From the IMG/VR virus record IMGVR_UViG_3300047388_000185, positions 128,738 through 192,737 of that record: 64,000 nt of DNA; one strand, written 5' to 3'. The position numbers and the translations under genes are program-made. The stretch's first letter is position 1, and each line of letters opens with the position of its first letter. Source of the stretch: a virus (Duplodnaviria > Heunggongvirae > Uroviricota > Caudoviricetes). This document shows, piece by piece, positions 16,754 to 26,214 of this stretch. Below the pieces are notes generated by a model, which saw only the letters and a program-made list of their open reading frames with translations, had not been told where the DNA came from and did no database searches.

Positions 16754-17455
16754 ATGTTCAATCAAAACAAGGTTTTCCTGCTTCGTTCGCTGACGATGAA
16801 GCACTCTCCGTTCTCTGATGGTCCGGCCGACACGACCGGCAAGGTTGCGGCCCAACCCAAGAAGAAGTTCACGTACAAGAATCATCTCGGTCAGCCACTG
16901 TCCCCGGTAAAGAAGAAATACACTTGGTCGGACGCAACCAAAAGAGACAAAGACGGGAAGCCTGAGGGGCCCGTCATCGAAGCTGTGCTGAAGTCCGAGA
17001 ACGTCGGCCAGTACAACTACGAAGAATACGAGCGAAACGAGTTCGAACGTATGGCAATTGCCGAAGGTTGGCCAGTTGAACAAGTCCTGCAGATGCTCCA
17101 GAATGCACCGGATACGATCGAGAAAGAGATCAAAGAGCAGAAGACGAACTTCGCCAAGTACGAGAAGAAGCAGGCTGACATCGATGGGAAGCTCAATACC
17201 GTCATCGCAAATTACGTAACGCTTTTCGAAACGTACGATAACGTTCGGATGGAAGTCTCGGCCATGGCAGTCGAATTGCCTGCATTGAAGGGAACTCCAT
17301 ACGACCGCCCGTACTTCCTTGACTTGACCCCGATTGTCGAAAACATGGCCAAGATTAACTTCCCCGATTTGGTTAAAGATCCGGCCGTTGCGCCGAAACT
17401 GAAGCCAGTTCCGGTTGGTGAAACCGTTGAAGCCAAGGTGAAGGCGAAAGTCTAA
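16754..17455 (+). CDS. hypothetical Lys-rich protein
   Basis: GGAG RBS; the overlapping 419-aa antisense ORF is judged spurious. Confidence 0.5.
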   Translation: MFNQNKVFLLRSLTMKHSPFSDGPADTTGKVAAQPKKKFTYKNHLGQPLSPVKKKYTWSDATKRDKDGKPEGPVIEAVLKSENVGQYNYEEYERNEFERMAIAEGWPVEQVLQMLQNAPDTIEKEIKEQKTNFAKYEKKQADIDGKLNTVIANYVTLFETYDNVRMEVSAMAVELPALKGTPYDRPYFLDLTPIVENMAKINFPDLVKDPAVAPKLKPVPVGETVEAKVKAKV

Positions 17456-17518
17456 ATCTACACGCCGCCTAACTAGCGGCCTTTCCCCGAGAAGAAATTG
17501 AGGCGAAAGCCCTTTTAG

Positions 17519-17551
17519 AAGCCGCCTGATATAAAGCTTGGCGGCTTTTTT
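17519..17551 (+). terminator. rho-independent terminator
   Basis: AAGCCGCC...GGCGGCTT hairpin followed by TTTTTT. Confidence 0.6.
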
Positions 17552-17572
17552 AACCAACAAAAGAAAGAAAAT

Positions 17573-18148
17573 ATGAACTTCGATGAAGAAAAAGCAATGG
17601 CTCGCCGCATTCAAGGTGGGCTGCATGGGGCTGGGTTGAAGCCTACGTTTGGACAATGCAACGTAGATACGAAGCAGTACGCTCCGGCAGCGACCGGAGG
17701 AGGTTGGGTAGGTCCAGTTACTGGAGCCCCCGTACCAAACACGAAGTGGCAAGAAGTTGGCCCTGTCACAGCTTACCTCCCCTCGGATCCGATTACCCCG
17801 AATACAGGCTACCTGAAGGTCTCTGGACCTCCGGCTGTAGATACCGAACGAATGATCCAAATGATGGACCAGCTGACAACCGGGTTCCACGCCTTGAGTC
17901 GTCGGGCTGATGCTCGTTTGAGCATGTTCTGCACCCAGCAACCGAAGCCGGAGACTGCGAAGCAAGCAGTGGACAGCCGACAATGTGAATCGGATTATTT
18001 CCGCATGCTCGAGAGTCGTGTTGAAATGCTCAACGAAGAACTAACGTATCTGAGCAATCTGATTGGTGCCGTTTCGGCTCCATCTCAATCGTCGACGCTT
18101 CAGGGCACTGCTGGCTTAACGACTACGCCAACTCCAGGCTACTACTGA
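17573..18148 (+). CDS. hypothetical protein
   Basis: 191-aa ORF. Confidence 0.5.
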   Translation: MNFDEEKAMARRIQGGLHGAGLKPTFGQCNVDTKQYAPAATGGGWVGPVTGAPVPNTKWQEVGPVTAYLPSDPITPNTGYLKVSGPPAVDTERMIQMMDQLTTGFHALSRRADARLSMFCTQQPKPETAKQAVDSRQCESDYFRMLESRVEMLNEELTYLSNLIGAVSAPSQSSTLQGTAGLTTTPTPGYY

Positions 18149-18153
18149 TTCCC

Positions 18154-18176
18154 GCCGGGCTGGTCCCGGCTTAATT
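18154..18176 (+). terminator. terminator-like hairpin
   Basis: GCCGGG-CTGGTC-CCGGC followed by TTAATT. Confidence 0.35.
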
Positions 18177-18221
18177 ACCTTAGACTGAAACAGGTCAAAT
18201 AAAAATGAAATCTATCAAAAC

Positions 18222-18893
18222 GTGCAACCTCTTAAAAATTGCCCTTTCTGCTCCCCACCTTTTACACCCTCCTTCCTGAAACAGGTATACTGTACTCAAA
18301 GGTGCTATGCCGATTCCCTTAGAAAAGATAGAACTCCGAACGTATCATGTGATATATGTTCTAAGCTATTTTGGAAACCTGAACCGCAAGTAAGAAATTC
18401 TAAGACGGGAAAGCACTATTGCTGCAAAGAACATCGACTGGCAGGTCGAAAGGACCCCGTTCTAAACAATCGGATCTCGACTAGAGAAATAAGAATCAGA
18501 GATCATATGGGGTACATACTGTGCCCCAAGGGGACTCCTGATATCCACAAACATTGGGCACTGCATCGGCTCATAACGTGTCAAGTTTTAAAAATTGAAG
18601 TTATCCCTAAAGGATTTCATGTTCACCACCGAGATTGTGATAAAGTCAACAATGCAAAAGAAAACTTAGCGTTGTTGACACGATCAGATCATTTTTGGTT
18701 ACATAGCGAATTTGGAAATTCTCCTCTGAAGGGCTTCATGCAAGGAGAAATTTCTCTGTCTCAGTTACTGAAGTGGTCCAAAGATCCCGTAAGAGCAAAA
18801 CAGCTACTTTTAACATCGATCCTGAATCAAAATGTTGAAAGTTTAGGGATACCTTCTCGTTCACCTATCAAAAATATAACAAATAATGAGTGA
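18222..18893 (+). CDS. HNH homing endonuclease
   Basis: HVHHRDCDKVNNAKENLALLTRSDH HNH core; N-terminal Cys-rich zinc finger; AT-rich insert ending 7 nt inside the helicase gene. Confidence 0.7.
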   Translation: MQPLKNCPFCSPPFTPSFLKQVYCTQRCYADSLRKDRTPNVSCDICSKLFWKPEPQVRNSKTGKHYCCKEHRLAGRKDPVLNNRISTREIRIRDHMGYILCPKGTPDIHKHWALHRLITCQVLKIEVIPKGFHVHHRDCDKVNNAKENLALLTRSDHFWLHSEFGNSPLKGFMQGEISLSQLLKWSKDPVRAKQLLLTSILNQNVESLGIPSRSPIKNITNNE

Positions 18894-20586
18894 TACTGTC
18901 GATACAAAAGCTGTGCTTGGAGGCAGCATAATGTCATTCTTTCCTCTTGCCACCGCCCGCCCAAGCCAACGGCTCGTCATCGAAGAAATAGAAAATCGTT
19001 TCTCCAGTGGCATAAAGATAGTTATTCTCGAAGCGCCAGTTGGCAGTGGTAAGTCCGCTATAGCTATGACTTTTGCCCGTAGACATGCAGCTAATCCTTC
19101 TCGGATTTCTGAAGAGGAAGGTGAAGAACCGCCAATGCCGGTTCACGTATTGACGCCGTCAAAGGCCCTTCAGACACAGTACCACGTCGACTTCCCAAAT
19201 GACCTGGTAACAATGAGGGGTCGGGCTTCCTACCCATGCACGACCGATGCAAAACCAAGGGAAGCTGCAGTTGTTTTTCGCCAAGTGAGAGCTGGGAATG
19301 TTACTCCCCCTAAGTTTTCAGAGGCTAATTGTAGAGACGCACCTTGTCAAGGAAGTCCGGCCTACTACAAGTCGTGCGTAGAATCGAATGGACATTGCCC
19401 GTATACCTTAGCCATTGAGGTAGCACAAGAGTCAAGCGTAATCGTTCACAACCTTCATTCCTTCATCTGTCAAACGAACTTCAGCGCAAAGTTCAAGAAA
19501 CGTAGTCTTATGATTGTGGATGAATGCCATGAGATTGAGGGTATTGTTAGGGACTTTGCCAAGAAGAAGTTCGTGATTCAGAAGGCTATTTCCGAAGAAG
19601 TCGTTCGAAGCATGTCAGATCTGAATGTTTGGATTCGCTTCCTAACTCGCCCTGAAAATGTTCCAGAGGAGTCGGATGCTGAACGGGCCAAGAAGCTCGG
19701 AGATCCGGCTTTCAAGTCTCTGCGCGACGAATACATGGATCGGGTGTCGTTTCTGGAAAGTAAGGAAGAGACGTATAAGAAGGGTTTCTCCGTTGAGTAC
19801 GAGGCTGGATTTAAGCCGGGCGAGGCTCAGCAGTCGAGTACCATTCTCGAGTTCGTCCCGAAGTATGTCGGAGCTGAAGCACAGCGGTTGATTCTCTCGT
19901 ACGGCGAGCGAATTTTGCTGATGAGTGGAACAATTTATGACAAGGCTGTGTTCTGTCGTAAGCTCGGCATCAATCCAGCAGACGCTGCGTTCATTCGCAT
20001 CCCGTCTACGTTCCCAGTCGAGAACCGCCCTATCTATCTGAAGCCTCAATACCAAGTTGACACATCATTTGCCAAGTGGAACGAGAACTTCGGAGAAATG
20101 GTTGAGAAGGTTGAGACGATCATGAATATCTTCAAGGACGACAGGGGTATTATCCACGCTCCTTCCTATATGGCCGGTGAGCAGTTGGCCAATGCGCTTG
20201 GAAGTCGTCGGATCCTGACTCACAACAAGGGGAACTTCTTGTCGACCTTGCATGGGTTTTTTGAGTCTGAGACGAACCAAGTTCTAATTAGCCCGAACAT
20301 CTCCCAGGGTGTGGACTTCAAGGAAGACCGGGCTCGGTTCCAGATAGTCCTGCGAGTACCTTACATGTCAACCCAGTCGAAGTTTGCAGAGGACATGGTT
20401 CAGAACTCATTTCAGGACTATAACTATGAGGCTCTTGTCGTATTCGGTCAACAGTGCGGCCGGGTCAACCGAAGTGAAGACGACTACGGAGCTACGTTTC
20501 TCATGGACTCTCGGTTCCAGAAGTTCATCATGAAGAACAAGAATTTACTGCCTCAATGGCTTTTGAAGGGGATGATCTATAAATGA
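18886..20586 (+). CDS. SF2 DNA helicase, XPD/DinG-like with Fe-S domain
   Basis: Walker A APVGSGKS; four Cys between motifs I and II (C..C..C..C); DExH box VDECHE; C-terminal QGVDF motif. Confidence 0.75.
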   Translation: MSDTVDTKAVLGGSIMSFFPLATARPSQRLVIEEIENRFSSGIKIVILEAPVGSGKSAIAMTFARRHAANPSRISEEEGEEPPMPVHVLTPSKALQTQYHVDFPNDLVTMRGRASYPCTTDAKPREAAVVFRQVRAGNVTPPKFSEANCRDAPCQGSPAYYKSCVESNGHCPYTLAIEVAQESSVIVHNLHSFICQTNFSAKFKKRSLMIVDECHEIEGIVRDFAKKKFVIQKAISEEVVRSMSDLNVWIRFLTRPENVPEESDAERAKKLGDPAFKSLRDEYMDRVSFLESKEETYKKGFSVEYEAGFKPGEAQQSSTILEFVPKYVGAEAQRLILSYGERILLMSGTIYDKAVFCRKLGINPADAAFIRIPSTFPVENRPIYLKPQYQVDTSFAKWNENFGEMVEKVETIMNIFKDDRGIIHAPSYMAGEQLANALGSRRILTHNKGNFLSTLHGFFESETNQVLISPNISQGVDFKEDRARFQIVLRVPYMSTQSKFAEDMVQNSFQDYNYEALVVFGQQCGRVNRSEDDYGATFLMDSRFQKFIMKNKNLLPQWLLKGMIYK

Positions 20587-20873
20587 GAAAGCCTGAAAAA
20601 CTGCAGTTTGGCGTTGAGTACAAGTGCGTCAACGGAGACGTTACTAAGATGTCAGAAGACCAGTTCGATCCAAACTCGTCAGATGAATTAGAGAAAACAG
20701 GGGCGCAGTGGTCCGCGAGGCTCTGTGAAGGGTGGCACTGGGCGGACGGGCCAATGATTGGAAAGTGGGTAGATGATCGAGACCAATATTCGACTGCTGT
20801 GTGTCGATGGGATATAGTTTTTGATCCAGATCCGACTGAGCCGCAGTTGGAACAACTTTCTTTGTTTGACTAG
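20583..20873 (+). CDS. small protein, paralog family B (GDGPMIGKWV core), C-terminal EQLSLFD
   Basis: ends ...QLEQLSLFD*. Confidence 0.55.
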   Translation: MRKPEKLQFGVEYKCVNGDVTKMSEDQFDPNSSDELEKTGAQWSARLCEGWHWADGPMIGKWVDDRDQYSTAVCRWDIVFDPDPTEPQLEQLSLFD

Positions 20874-20880
20874 GAAAACT

Positions 20881-21156
20881 ATGCGGCCAGATAGATTAGA
20901 AATAGGTCAGATATGGAGGACGCAGGGTGGGATACGGGTTATCATTTCGGAAATTAGATCATACGGTCTGGATGATACGAGAAGAACTGGATCCTTAACC
21001 TTTGCCCGTTCCAATAATGGATGCTACATAGGGGCTGGTCCAATGACAGGCCTTTACTGTAGTTTCGATCGAAGCATAGATAACCCGGGGAGTGATACGC
21101 ATGACTTGGTTTTTCCAGAGTTTGTCCAGGCTGTGCAACTGTCTTTGTTTGACTAG
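20881..21156 (+). CDS. small protein, paralog family B, C-terminal QLSLFD
   Basis: ATG 20881; ends ...AVQLSLFD*. Confidence 0.55.
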   Translation: MRPDRLEIGQIWRTQGGIRVIISEIRSYGLDDTRRTGSLTFARSNNGCYIGAGPMTGLYCSFDRSIDNPGSDTHDLVFPEFVQAVQLSLFD

Positions 21157-21162
21157 GAAATC

Positions 21163-21441
21163 ATGAGACCAGAAAAGCTTGAAACCGGTCAAAAGTATCT
21201 TAACGGTCGCGGTGGTGAAGTGACTATCCACGGTAAAATTGATACCATTCACGCCAGCATTCAGAAACTAGGATCGACATTCTCTATTAATTCAACTCAT
21301 GGTTGGTTTTACGGGGATGGTCCGATGATTGGAAAATGGGTGCTCTCATCTCGACAACTTGTCGAAGTTGAAAAATATGACGAAGATCTTATCCTTCCCG
21401 ACTTCGTTGAACCAAGTTTTCAATTATCTCTATTCGACTAA
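21163..21441 (+). CDS. small protein, paralog family B, C-terminal QLSLFD
   Basis: YGDGPMIGKWV core; ends ...SFQLSLFD*. Confidence 0.55.
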   Translation: MRPEKLETGQKYLNGRGGEVTIHGKIDTIHASIQKLGSTFSINSTHGWFYGDGPMIGKWVLSSRQLVEVEKYDEDLILPDFVEPSFQLSLFD

Positions 21442-21462
21442 TTCAATAAAACAATAAGTTCG

Positions 21463-21471
21463 TGGTATAAG
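21463..21471 (+). promoter_or_regulatory. TGGTATAAG promoter-like motif, copy 7
   Basis: intergenic, 97 nt upstream of the 21568 ORF. Confidence 0.45.
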
Positions 21472-21567
21472 CGTTTGTCCGACAACGTCAATGCTTTGCC
21501 AGACCATTCGTGAACGTTGCGTGTGCAGCGTTTAATTCTCAGCGCTCCTACTATTTTGGAGTACTAA

Positions 21568-21768
21568 ATGCAAAAACAATATCTCGGCCCTATTCCAGCG
21601 CGCCGACCCAACTGTCCTATTTTGGAGGCTCTTACTTCTCGTGGCTACGATATGTGTCAAAAGGAGAAGCTGGAAAATACTGATCTGGATACCCTTGGTG
21701 TGTCTCACAGTCATCGGTCCTACATCGAACATGATTTCGCTGGGGTGAGTGACTCATGGCTGGATTGA
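21568..21768 (+). CDS. small hypothetical protein
   Basis: 66-aa ORF. Confidence 0.3.
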   Translation: MQKQYLGPIPARRPNCPILEALTSRGYDMCQKEKLENTDLDTLGVSHSHRSYIEHDFAGVSDSWLD

Positions 21769-21836
21769 CCAATCTTTGGAATTGGGACGCATGGGTTGCT
21801 CCCCCACCTGACGCCGAAGACGATGCTGACTAGTAT

Positions 21837-22673
21837 TTAGTCAAACGGGTTAACTCCACCCAAAGCTGATTTAAGTGACTCTAGCGCCTCTTTACGCAGG
21901 GTCTTGACCTTCTCCTTGCTGAGCTTCAATTCAGCAGCTACTTGTGCAACGTTCCGGTCTTCTCCATCGAAGATACCGAAGGACAGTTCGATGACCTCCC
22001 GTTGGTCATCCGGTAGTGCAGCGATTCGCTGGTGAAGACGGTCTCGGTCAAGTCTGGTGTTAACTTCATCCTCGATAGGATTGATCTCAAAGGCTGGATC
22101 TTCATCCATGTCTGAGATGTAGAACGTAAGAAAACGAGTTCCCCACAATTCTCGGAGATCTTTCTCCTGGATATCTGGAAACTCGTTTTTTAGCCCTTCA
22201 AATGTAATATCAGGCCGCTTTTCCAAGATCTTTTGAATACGAGCTGAAAGCTGTTGACGCCAAATCGGGAGAGAAACTATTCTTTGCATCGCCATGCTAT
22301 AGAGCATTCTTTGACGGGTCCAGAATCCTGCATAAGTTAAGTATCTATATCCGCTTTCCGGTTTGAACTTCTCGAATGCAACTAGTAGACCATCGTTACC
22401 AGCAGCGATTAGTTCTTCGAATACATCGGGATCATTCTTGGAATACTTCTTAGCTTCTTTGAAGACAAATCTGAGATTAGATTCTATGATCCGGGATCGG
22501 ATTTGGAGCTTTCTCTTCTCTGACGTGGTCTCGTCTTGGTATTCTAAGAAGAGATCTAACTCTTCTTCCCGAGTGAGCATCGGGGTCTTGCTGATTTTCT
22601 CGTAATAAATGGAAAGGGACATTTGACGCATTATAGTAGAAAGTGTATGACCGTGCAACTTAATAATAATCAA
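21837..22673 (-). CDS. RNA polymerase sigma factor (sigma-70 family)
   Basis: region 2 ELIAAGNDGLLVAFEKFKPESGYRYLTYAGFWTRQRM; region 4 HTH AELKLSKEKVKTLRKEAL; the only convincing minus-strand gene. Confidence 0.8.
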   Translation of the reverse strand: MIIIKLHGHTLSTIMRQMSLSIYYEKISKTPMLTREEELDLFLEYQDETTSEKRKLQIRSRIIESNLRFVFKEAKKYSKNDPDVFEELIAAGNDGLLVAFEKFKPESGYRYLTYAGFWTRQRMLYSMAMQRIVSLPIWRQQLSARIQKILEKRPDITFEGLKNEFPDIQEKDLRELWGTRFLTFYISDMDEDPAFEINPIEDEVNTRLDRDRLHQRIAALPDDQREVIELSFGIFDGEDRNVAQVAAELKLSKEKVKTLRKEALESLKSALGGVNPFD

Positions 22674-22674
22674 A

Positions 22675-23082
22675 ATGACAATTCAATCGTTACTAACACT
22701 TATAAATCCCGACGTGGTAAACGGATTTTTCGAATTCGGAGGGGCAGTCTCAATTGGGTACAACAGCTTCCGAGTTTGGAAGGACAAATCAGTGAAGGGG
22801 GTATCTCTCTGGAGCACTGGATTCTTTCTGGTATGGGGATGTTGGAACCCGTTCTGGTACGGAAGTCTGAGCCAACCGTACTCACTGACCGGGGGTATCG
22901 CTATCGTCCTAGCGAACGTCGTCTGGCTAAGCCTGATGTTGAAATTCAGGAATGGGACTGGAACGGGAGCCCCGATCCCTACTGAGCCAGCGGTAATGGA
23001 CTTCGATACTATCTGTGAAATGTTGGATAACAATGGGACTCTACCCACCACTCCTATGATTCCGATTGACACGAAGAAGTGA
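22675..23082 (+). CDS. membrane protein
   Basis: several hydrophobic helices; start is 2 nt from the divergent sigma gene start. Confidence 0.4.
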   Translation: MTIQSLLTLINPDVVNGFFEFGGAVSIGYNSFRVWKDKSVKGVSLWSTGFFLVWGCWNPFWYGSLSQPYSLTGGIAIVLANVVWLSLMLKFRNGTGTGAPIPTEPAVMDFDTICEMLDNNGTLPTTPMIPIDTKK

Positions 23083-23320
23083 AATCGTATATACTGGGTA
23101 CATGATTAAGGTTCAATACAAATTAGACGAAGAAAAGGGTTTGGCTCTTTTCTCGTTCGAAGGTAGTCGTGAGGAAGATTACGAGGCGCTGGACAACCTC
23201 TGCATTGCTTTGACTCAACGGCTTGAGTCTCGTGCGGCTATGGTCAGCAGCAATCGTCTAGTAGTGCATTTCAAGGGTGTGGTTACTCCGACTTCCGATT
23301 CACCGACAGTATACGAATAA
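23066..23320 (+). CDS. hypothetical protein
   Basis: 84-aa ORF. Confidence 0.35.
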   Translation: MTRRSEIVYTGYMIKVQYKLDEEKGLALFSFEGSREEDYEALDNLCIALTQRLESRAAMVSSNRLVVHFKGVVTPTSDSPTVYE

Positions 23321-23354
23321 TTACAACAAATTACATTAATTTTACCAGCAAATA

Positions 23355-23561
23355 TTGGTAGAAGAAGATATGGAAAAGAACTCGTCCGTCGTGCTCACCA
23401 AAGACGAAGTCGAACAAGTCAAAGCTGGTAAAATCCCAATGAGGATTGCAGCAACTTGGGGCTTTACTTTAGAAGAGCTTACAGCTATAATCAATGCTGG
23501 CACATACACCGTCACTTCTTGGGAAGCCTCTCTTCCCGGATCTGAGGGTTTCAATCTCTAA
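23355..23561 (+). CDS. hypothetical protein
   Basis: 68-aa ORF. Confidence 0.35.
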   Translation: MVEEDMEKNSSVVLTKDEVEQVKAGKIPMRIAATWGFTLEELTAIINAGTYTVTSWEASLPGSEGFNL

Positions 23562-23585
23562 ACAACTAAAAACAAAGATAAACAA

Positions 23586-24470
23586 ATGAAAAATCTCGAA
23601 TCTCTCGCCGAACCCACCCAGGCACTTCCCGATGATCTGAAGGCTAATGTCCAAGAGCTGATCGCTCGCATGGGTGCAGTTCTTGAAGGTATCGGTGACG
23701 AAGGTGTTGAGTGGCGCATGCCTCTCCTCAAGCTCTTCCAGGCTACCTCTAGCCGCGAAGGTCTGCCCCGTGGCATCGCCCCGGGTGATCTGATCCTTGG
23801 TGAACAAGTCCTGGAAGCTCCGCTGAGCTTCATTCCGATTCGCATCTATGAACAGCGTCAGTTTTGGGATCCGGACATGAGCCAGAAGAAGATGCTGTGT
23901 CAGAGCCCGGACGCTGTCCTGGGTCAGATCGGCGTGGAATGCAAGACCTGCCGACACTCGGCTTGGGTCGAAGGTCAAGGTACGGACTGCAACAAGATCC
24001 ACACGGTCATCGGCATCACTGCTGACCTGAAGGAAGTGTTCAGCATGAACTTCGCCAAGTCGCAGTACAAGGTAGGGACCGAGTTCAAGTCCATGCTCAA
24101 GAAAGCTGGCGTTGCCCCCTACGCCCGTACGTATGCCCTGTCGTCGGAAACCAATCCGAACACCAAGACGGTTGAGCAGTTCAAGATCGAAGCTCTGCCG
24201 GCTGACAAGCGTCGCACTCCGGATGCAGTGATTCCGTTTGTCAAGGCTTTCTTTGACATGACGACGACGGATCGCAAGGAGTTCTTGGAAGCGTTCCGCA
24301 AGTCCATCGAAGACCGCCGCGCTGCTGGCACCCTGCCTTTGGGTGTTGCAGGTGCTCCGGCTCAGTTGGAAGATGCTTCGGCTGGGGATGCCACTCTGGC
24401 ACTTCCTGCTGAAAGCGGAGAAACTGTCACCGCTAAGGTGAGTCCGAAGGCCAAGGGATACTCGGTTTAA
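23586..24470 (+). CDS. hypothetical protein (possible ssDNA-annealing/recombination partner of the downstream nuclease)
   Basis: 294-aa ORF 0.7 kb upstream of the PD-(D/E)xK nuclease; no diagnostic motif. Confidence 0.45.
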   Translation: MKNLESLAEPTQALPDDLKANVQELIARMGAVLEGIGDEGVEWRMPLLKLFQATSSREGLPRGIAPGDLILGEQVLEAPLSFIPIRIYEQRQFWDPDMSQKKMLCQSPDAVLGQIGVECKTCRHSAWVEGQGTDCNKIHTVIGITADLKEVFSMNFAKSQYKVGTEFKSMLKKAGVAPYARTYALSSETNPNTKTVEQFKIEALPADKRRTPDAVIPFVKAFFDMTTTDRKEFLEAFRKSIEDRRAAGTLPLGVAGAPAQLEDASAGDATLALPAESGETVTAKVSPKAKGYSV

Positions 24471-24480
24471 AGAAGAAGTA

Positions 24481-24510
24481 AACGGGCTAAGCTAAAACTT
24501 ATCCCGTTTT
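24481..24510 (+). terminator. terminator-like hairpin
   Basis: AACGGG...CCCGTT stem followed by TTTT. Confidence 0.35.
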
Positions 24511-24534
24511 GCCACATACAACAAGGACACGTAG

Positions 24535-25131
24535 ATGTCTGAACATAATAAAGACAACGCTTCTTCTTTTTACATTCCTAGTTTGGACGAAGTTGTTGAA
24601 TACGTAAAAGATCGCCCCACCTCATCAGCGGAAGACATTTTTCTCAGGGAAATCTATCACCTCAATGACCCCGGTCCTTTCTTCGGGGAAGAGGGTAGAA
24701 TTGCCCTCCGCGCCTTCGCATACAAGGACGTGACTCTGTTCGGATTCCTGGTTGAAGAGACCCGTGAAGCCTTTATGGTGCTCTTACCAGCCTCTCTGTC
24801 TAGAGACGAAGAAGGTGTTAAGGCTACGCAGATCATTGCTTCTCCCTTAGCTAAATTGATGAAGTCAAGCGTAGGTATAATGTCTCTGCCGACGCCGGTT
24901 CAGACCTTGTACTACCTAAGTCTATCGTTGAAACAGTTCGGCACCTGTCCAGGTTACTTCACCGAGGTTCGAATTCAACAAATCACGAATCTAGTAGGAA
25001 TGCTGAAAATTGCGATGAGCGTATCCGAGACGGTACCTTTAAACGACGGCGCTAAGCCGAAGGCTGAGGCTATTCCGAAGAAAGATACCTTCCAAGTTCC
25101 GGACTCGCTGATTCCGAGAATCACACACTAA
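24535..25131 (+). CDS. hypothetical protein
   Basis: 198-aa ORF. Confidence 0.45.
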   Translation: MSEHNKDNASSFYIPSLDEVVEYVKDRPTSSAEDIFLREIYHLNDPGPFFGEEGRIALRAFAYKDVTLFGFLVEETREAFMVLLPASLSRDEEGVKATQIIASPLAKLMKSSVGIMSLPTPVQTLYYLSLSLKQFGTCPGYFTEVRIQQITNLVGMLKIAMSVSETVPLNDGAKPKAEAIPKKDTFQVPDSLIPRITH

Positions 25132-25136
25132 TAACA

Positions 25137-26174
25137 ATGACAACTCCTATCCAGAAGGATGCAGGAGGGATCCCGAGCTTCTTTGCAGAACTTCCACCCA
25201 TCCCTGAGAACCTCAGAGTTAAGGCTCCGCCCCGGACATTTCCGGACGGCCTGACCGAAGAGATCAAGCAAGAATTCATTGCCGATATCAAGAAGCTAGA
25301 CACTGAAGCTGTTCCGTTTGAGCTGACTCCGTATAGTTTCGGAGCCTGGAGCCCTTCGAAGCTCAAGTCGCTTCAAAAGTGTCAGTGGCAGTTCTACCTG
25401 AAGTACATTCTCAAGTACAAGATCCCTGAGCAACTTCAGTCCGCCAACGATCCGGTATCGGCCAACGTAGGTAAGGCTGCCCATCAAATCCTCGAATACA
25501 CCCAAATGGGTAAAAAGGTCGAGGACGCGTACAAGAAGACTAAAGTCGAGTACGTAGATAGAGATAAGAACTTGACTGAGGAGCAATGGGTTGAACTCGT
25601 TGACACTCTTCACTACAATATTGTTTCGTTCAACGAACGTATTGAGGCTCTTAGTCGCAACACGAAGATCCGTCGAGTTATGACGGAGTTGAAAATTGCG
25701 ATCACTAAGGATTACGAACCCACGGGGTTCATGGCTGATGACGCTTGGCTGAGAGGCGTTGTTGACTTGATCTTCCAATTGGAAAATGGTGACATTATCA
25801 TCATTGACCATAAGACCGGTGGGGGAGAAGGTTCTCCGCTAGTATATAGATCTCAGCTTGATTGGTACAAAGTCCTGTTTCATTACGGGATTGAGAATAT
25901 TGAAGGGGCCCAAACCGGGATTCACTTCATTAGGGCTGGCGAAATCAAAATGGTAGATTACTCTGATACAAAACAAATTCAGGGCAACCTAAAGAACACG
26001 CTAGAAATGTCGATTGAAGGTGCGATAGACACCGTAAAGGAGAAGGGTTATTTCAAACATGTCCGAGGGGGATACTGCAAGTGGTGCGAATACGACAACG
26101 TCGGATGCAAGTCCGGCGAACTTAAACCCACCGAACTTGGCACGAAGAAGTGGTTTGCAATCAAGCCTGTATAA
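25137..26174 (+). CDS. PD-(D/E)xK exonuclease, Cas4/RecB-like, with C-terminal Cys cluster
   Basis: DLIFQLENGDIIIIDHKTG (D..E.K) and C-terminal C..C..C.....C (GGYCKWCEYDNVGC). Confidence 0.65.
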   Translation: MTTPIQKDAGGIPSFFAELPPIPENLRVKAPPRTFPDGLTEEIKQEFIADIKKLDTEAVPFELTPYSFGAWSPSKLKSLQKCQWQFYLKYILKYKIPEQLQSANDPVSANVGKAAHQILEYTQMGKKVEDAYKKTKVEYVDRDKNLTEEQWVELVDTLHYNIVSFNERIEALSRNTKIRRVMTELKIAITKDYEPTGFMADDAWLRGVVDLIFQLENGDIIIIDHKTGGGEGSPLVYRSQLDWYKVLFHYGIENIEGAQTGIHFIRAGEIKMVDYSDTKQIQGNLKNTLEMSIEGAIDTVKEKGYFKHVRGGYCKWCEYDNVGCKSGELKPTELGTKKWFAIKPV

Positions 26175-26214
26175 CACCCGTTTTCCGGAGTTTTTCCCTC
26201 CAGGCCGGGTATTT

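Noticed and set aside
16724-17983. 419-aa minus-strand ORF
   Set aside because: It overlaps two well-formed + strand genes (16754 and 17573) and the terminator between them. Its translation is low-complexity, rich in L/R/V. It is an antisense artefact.
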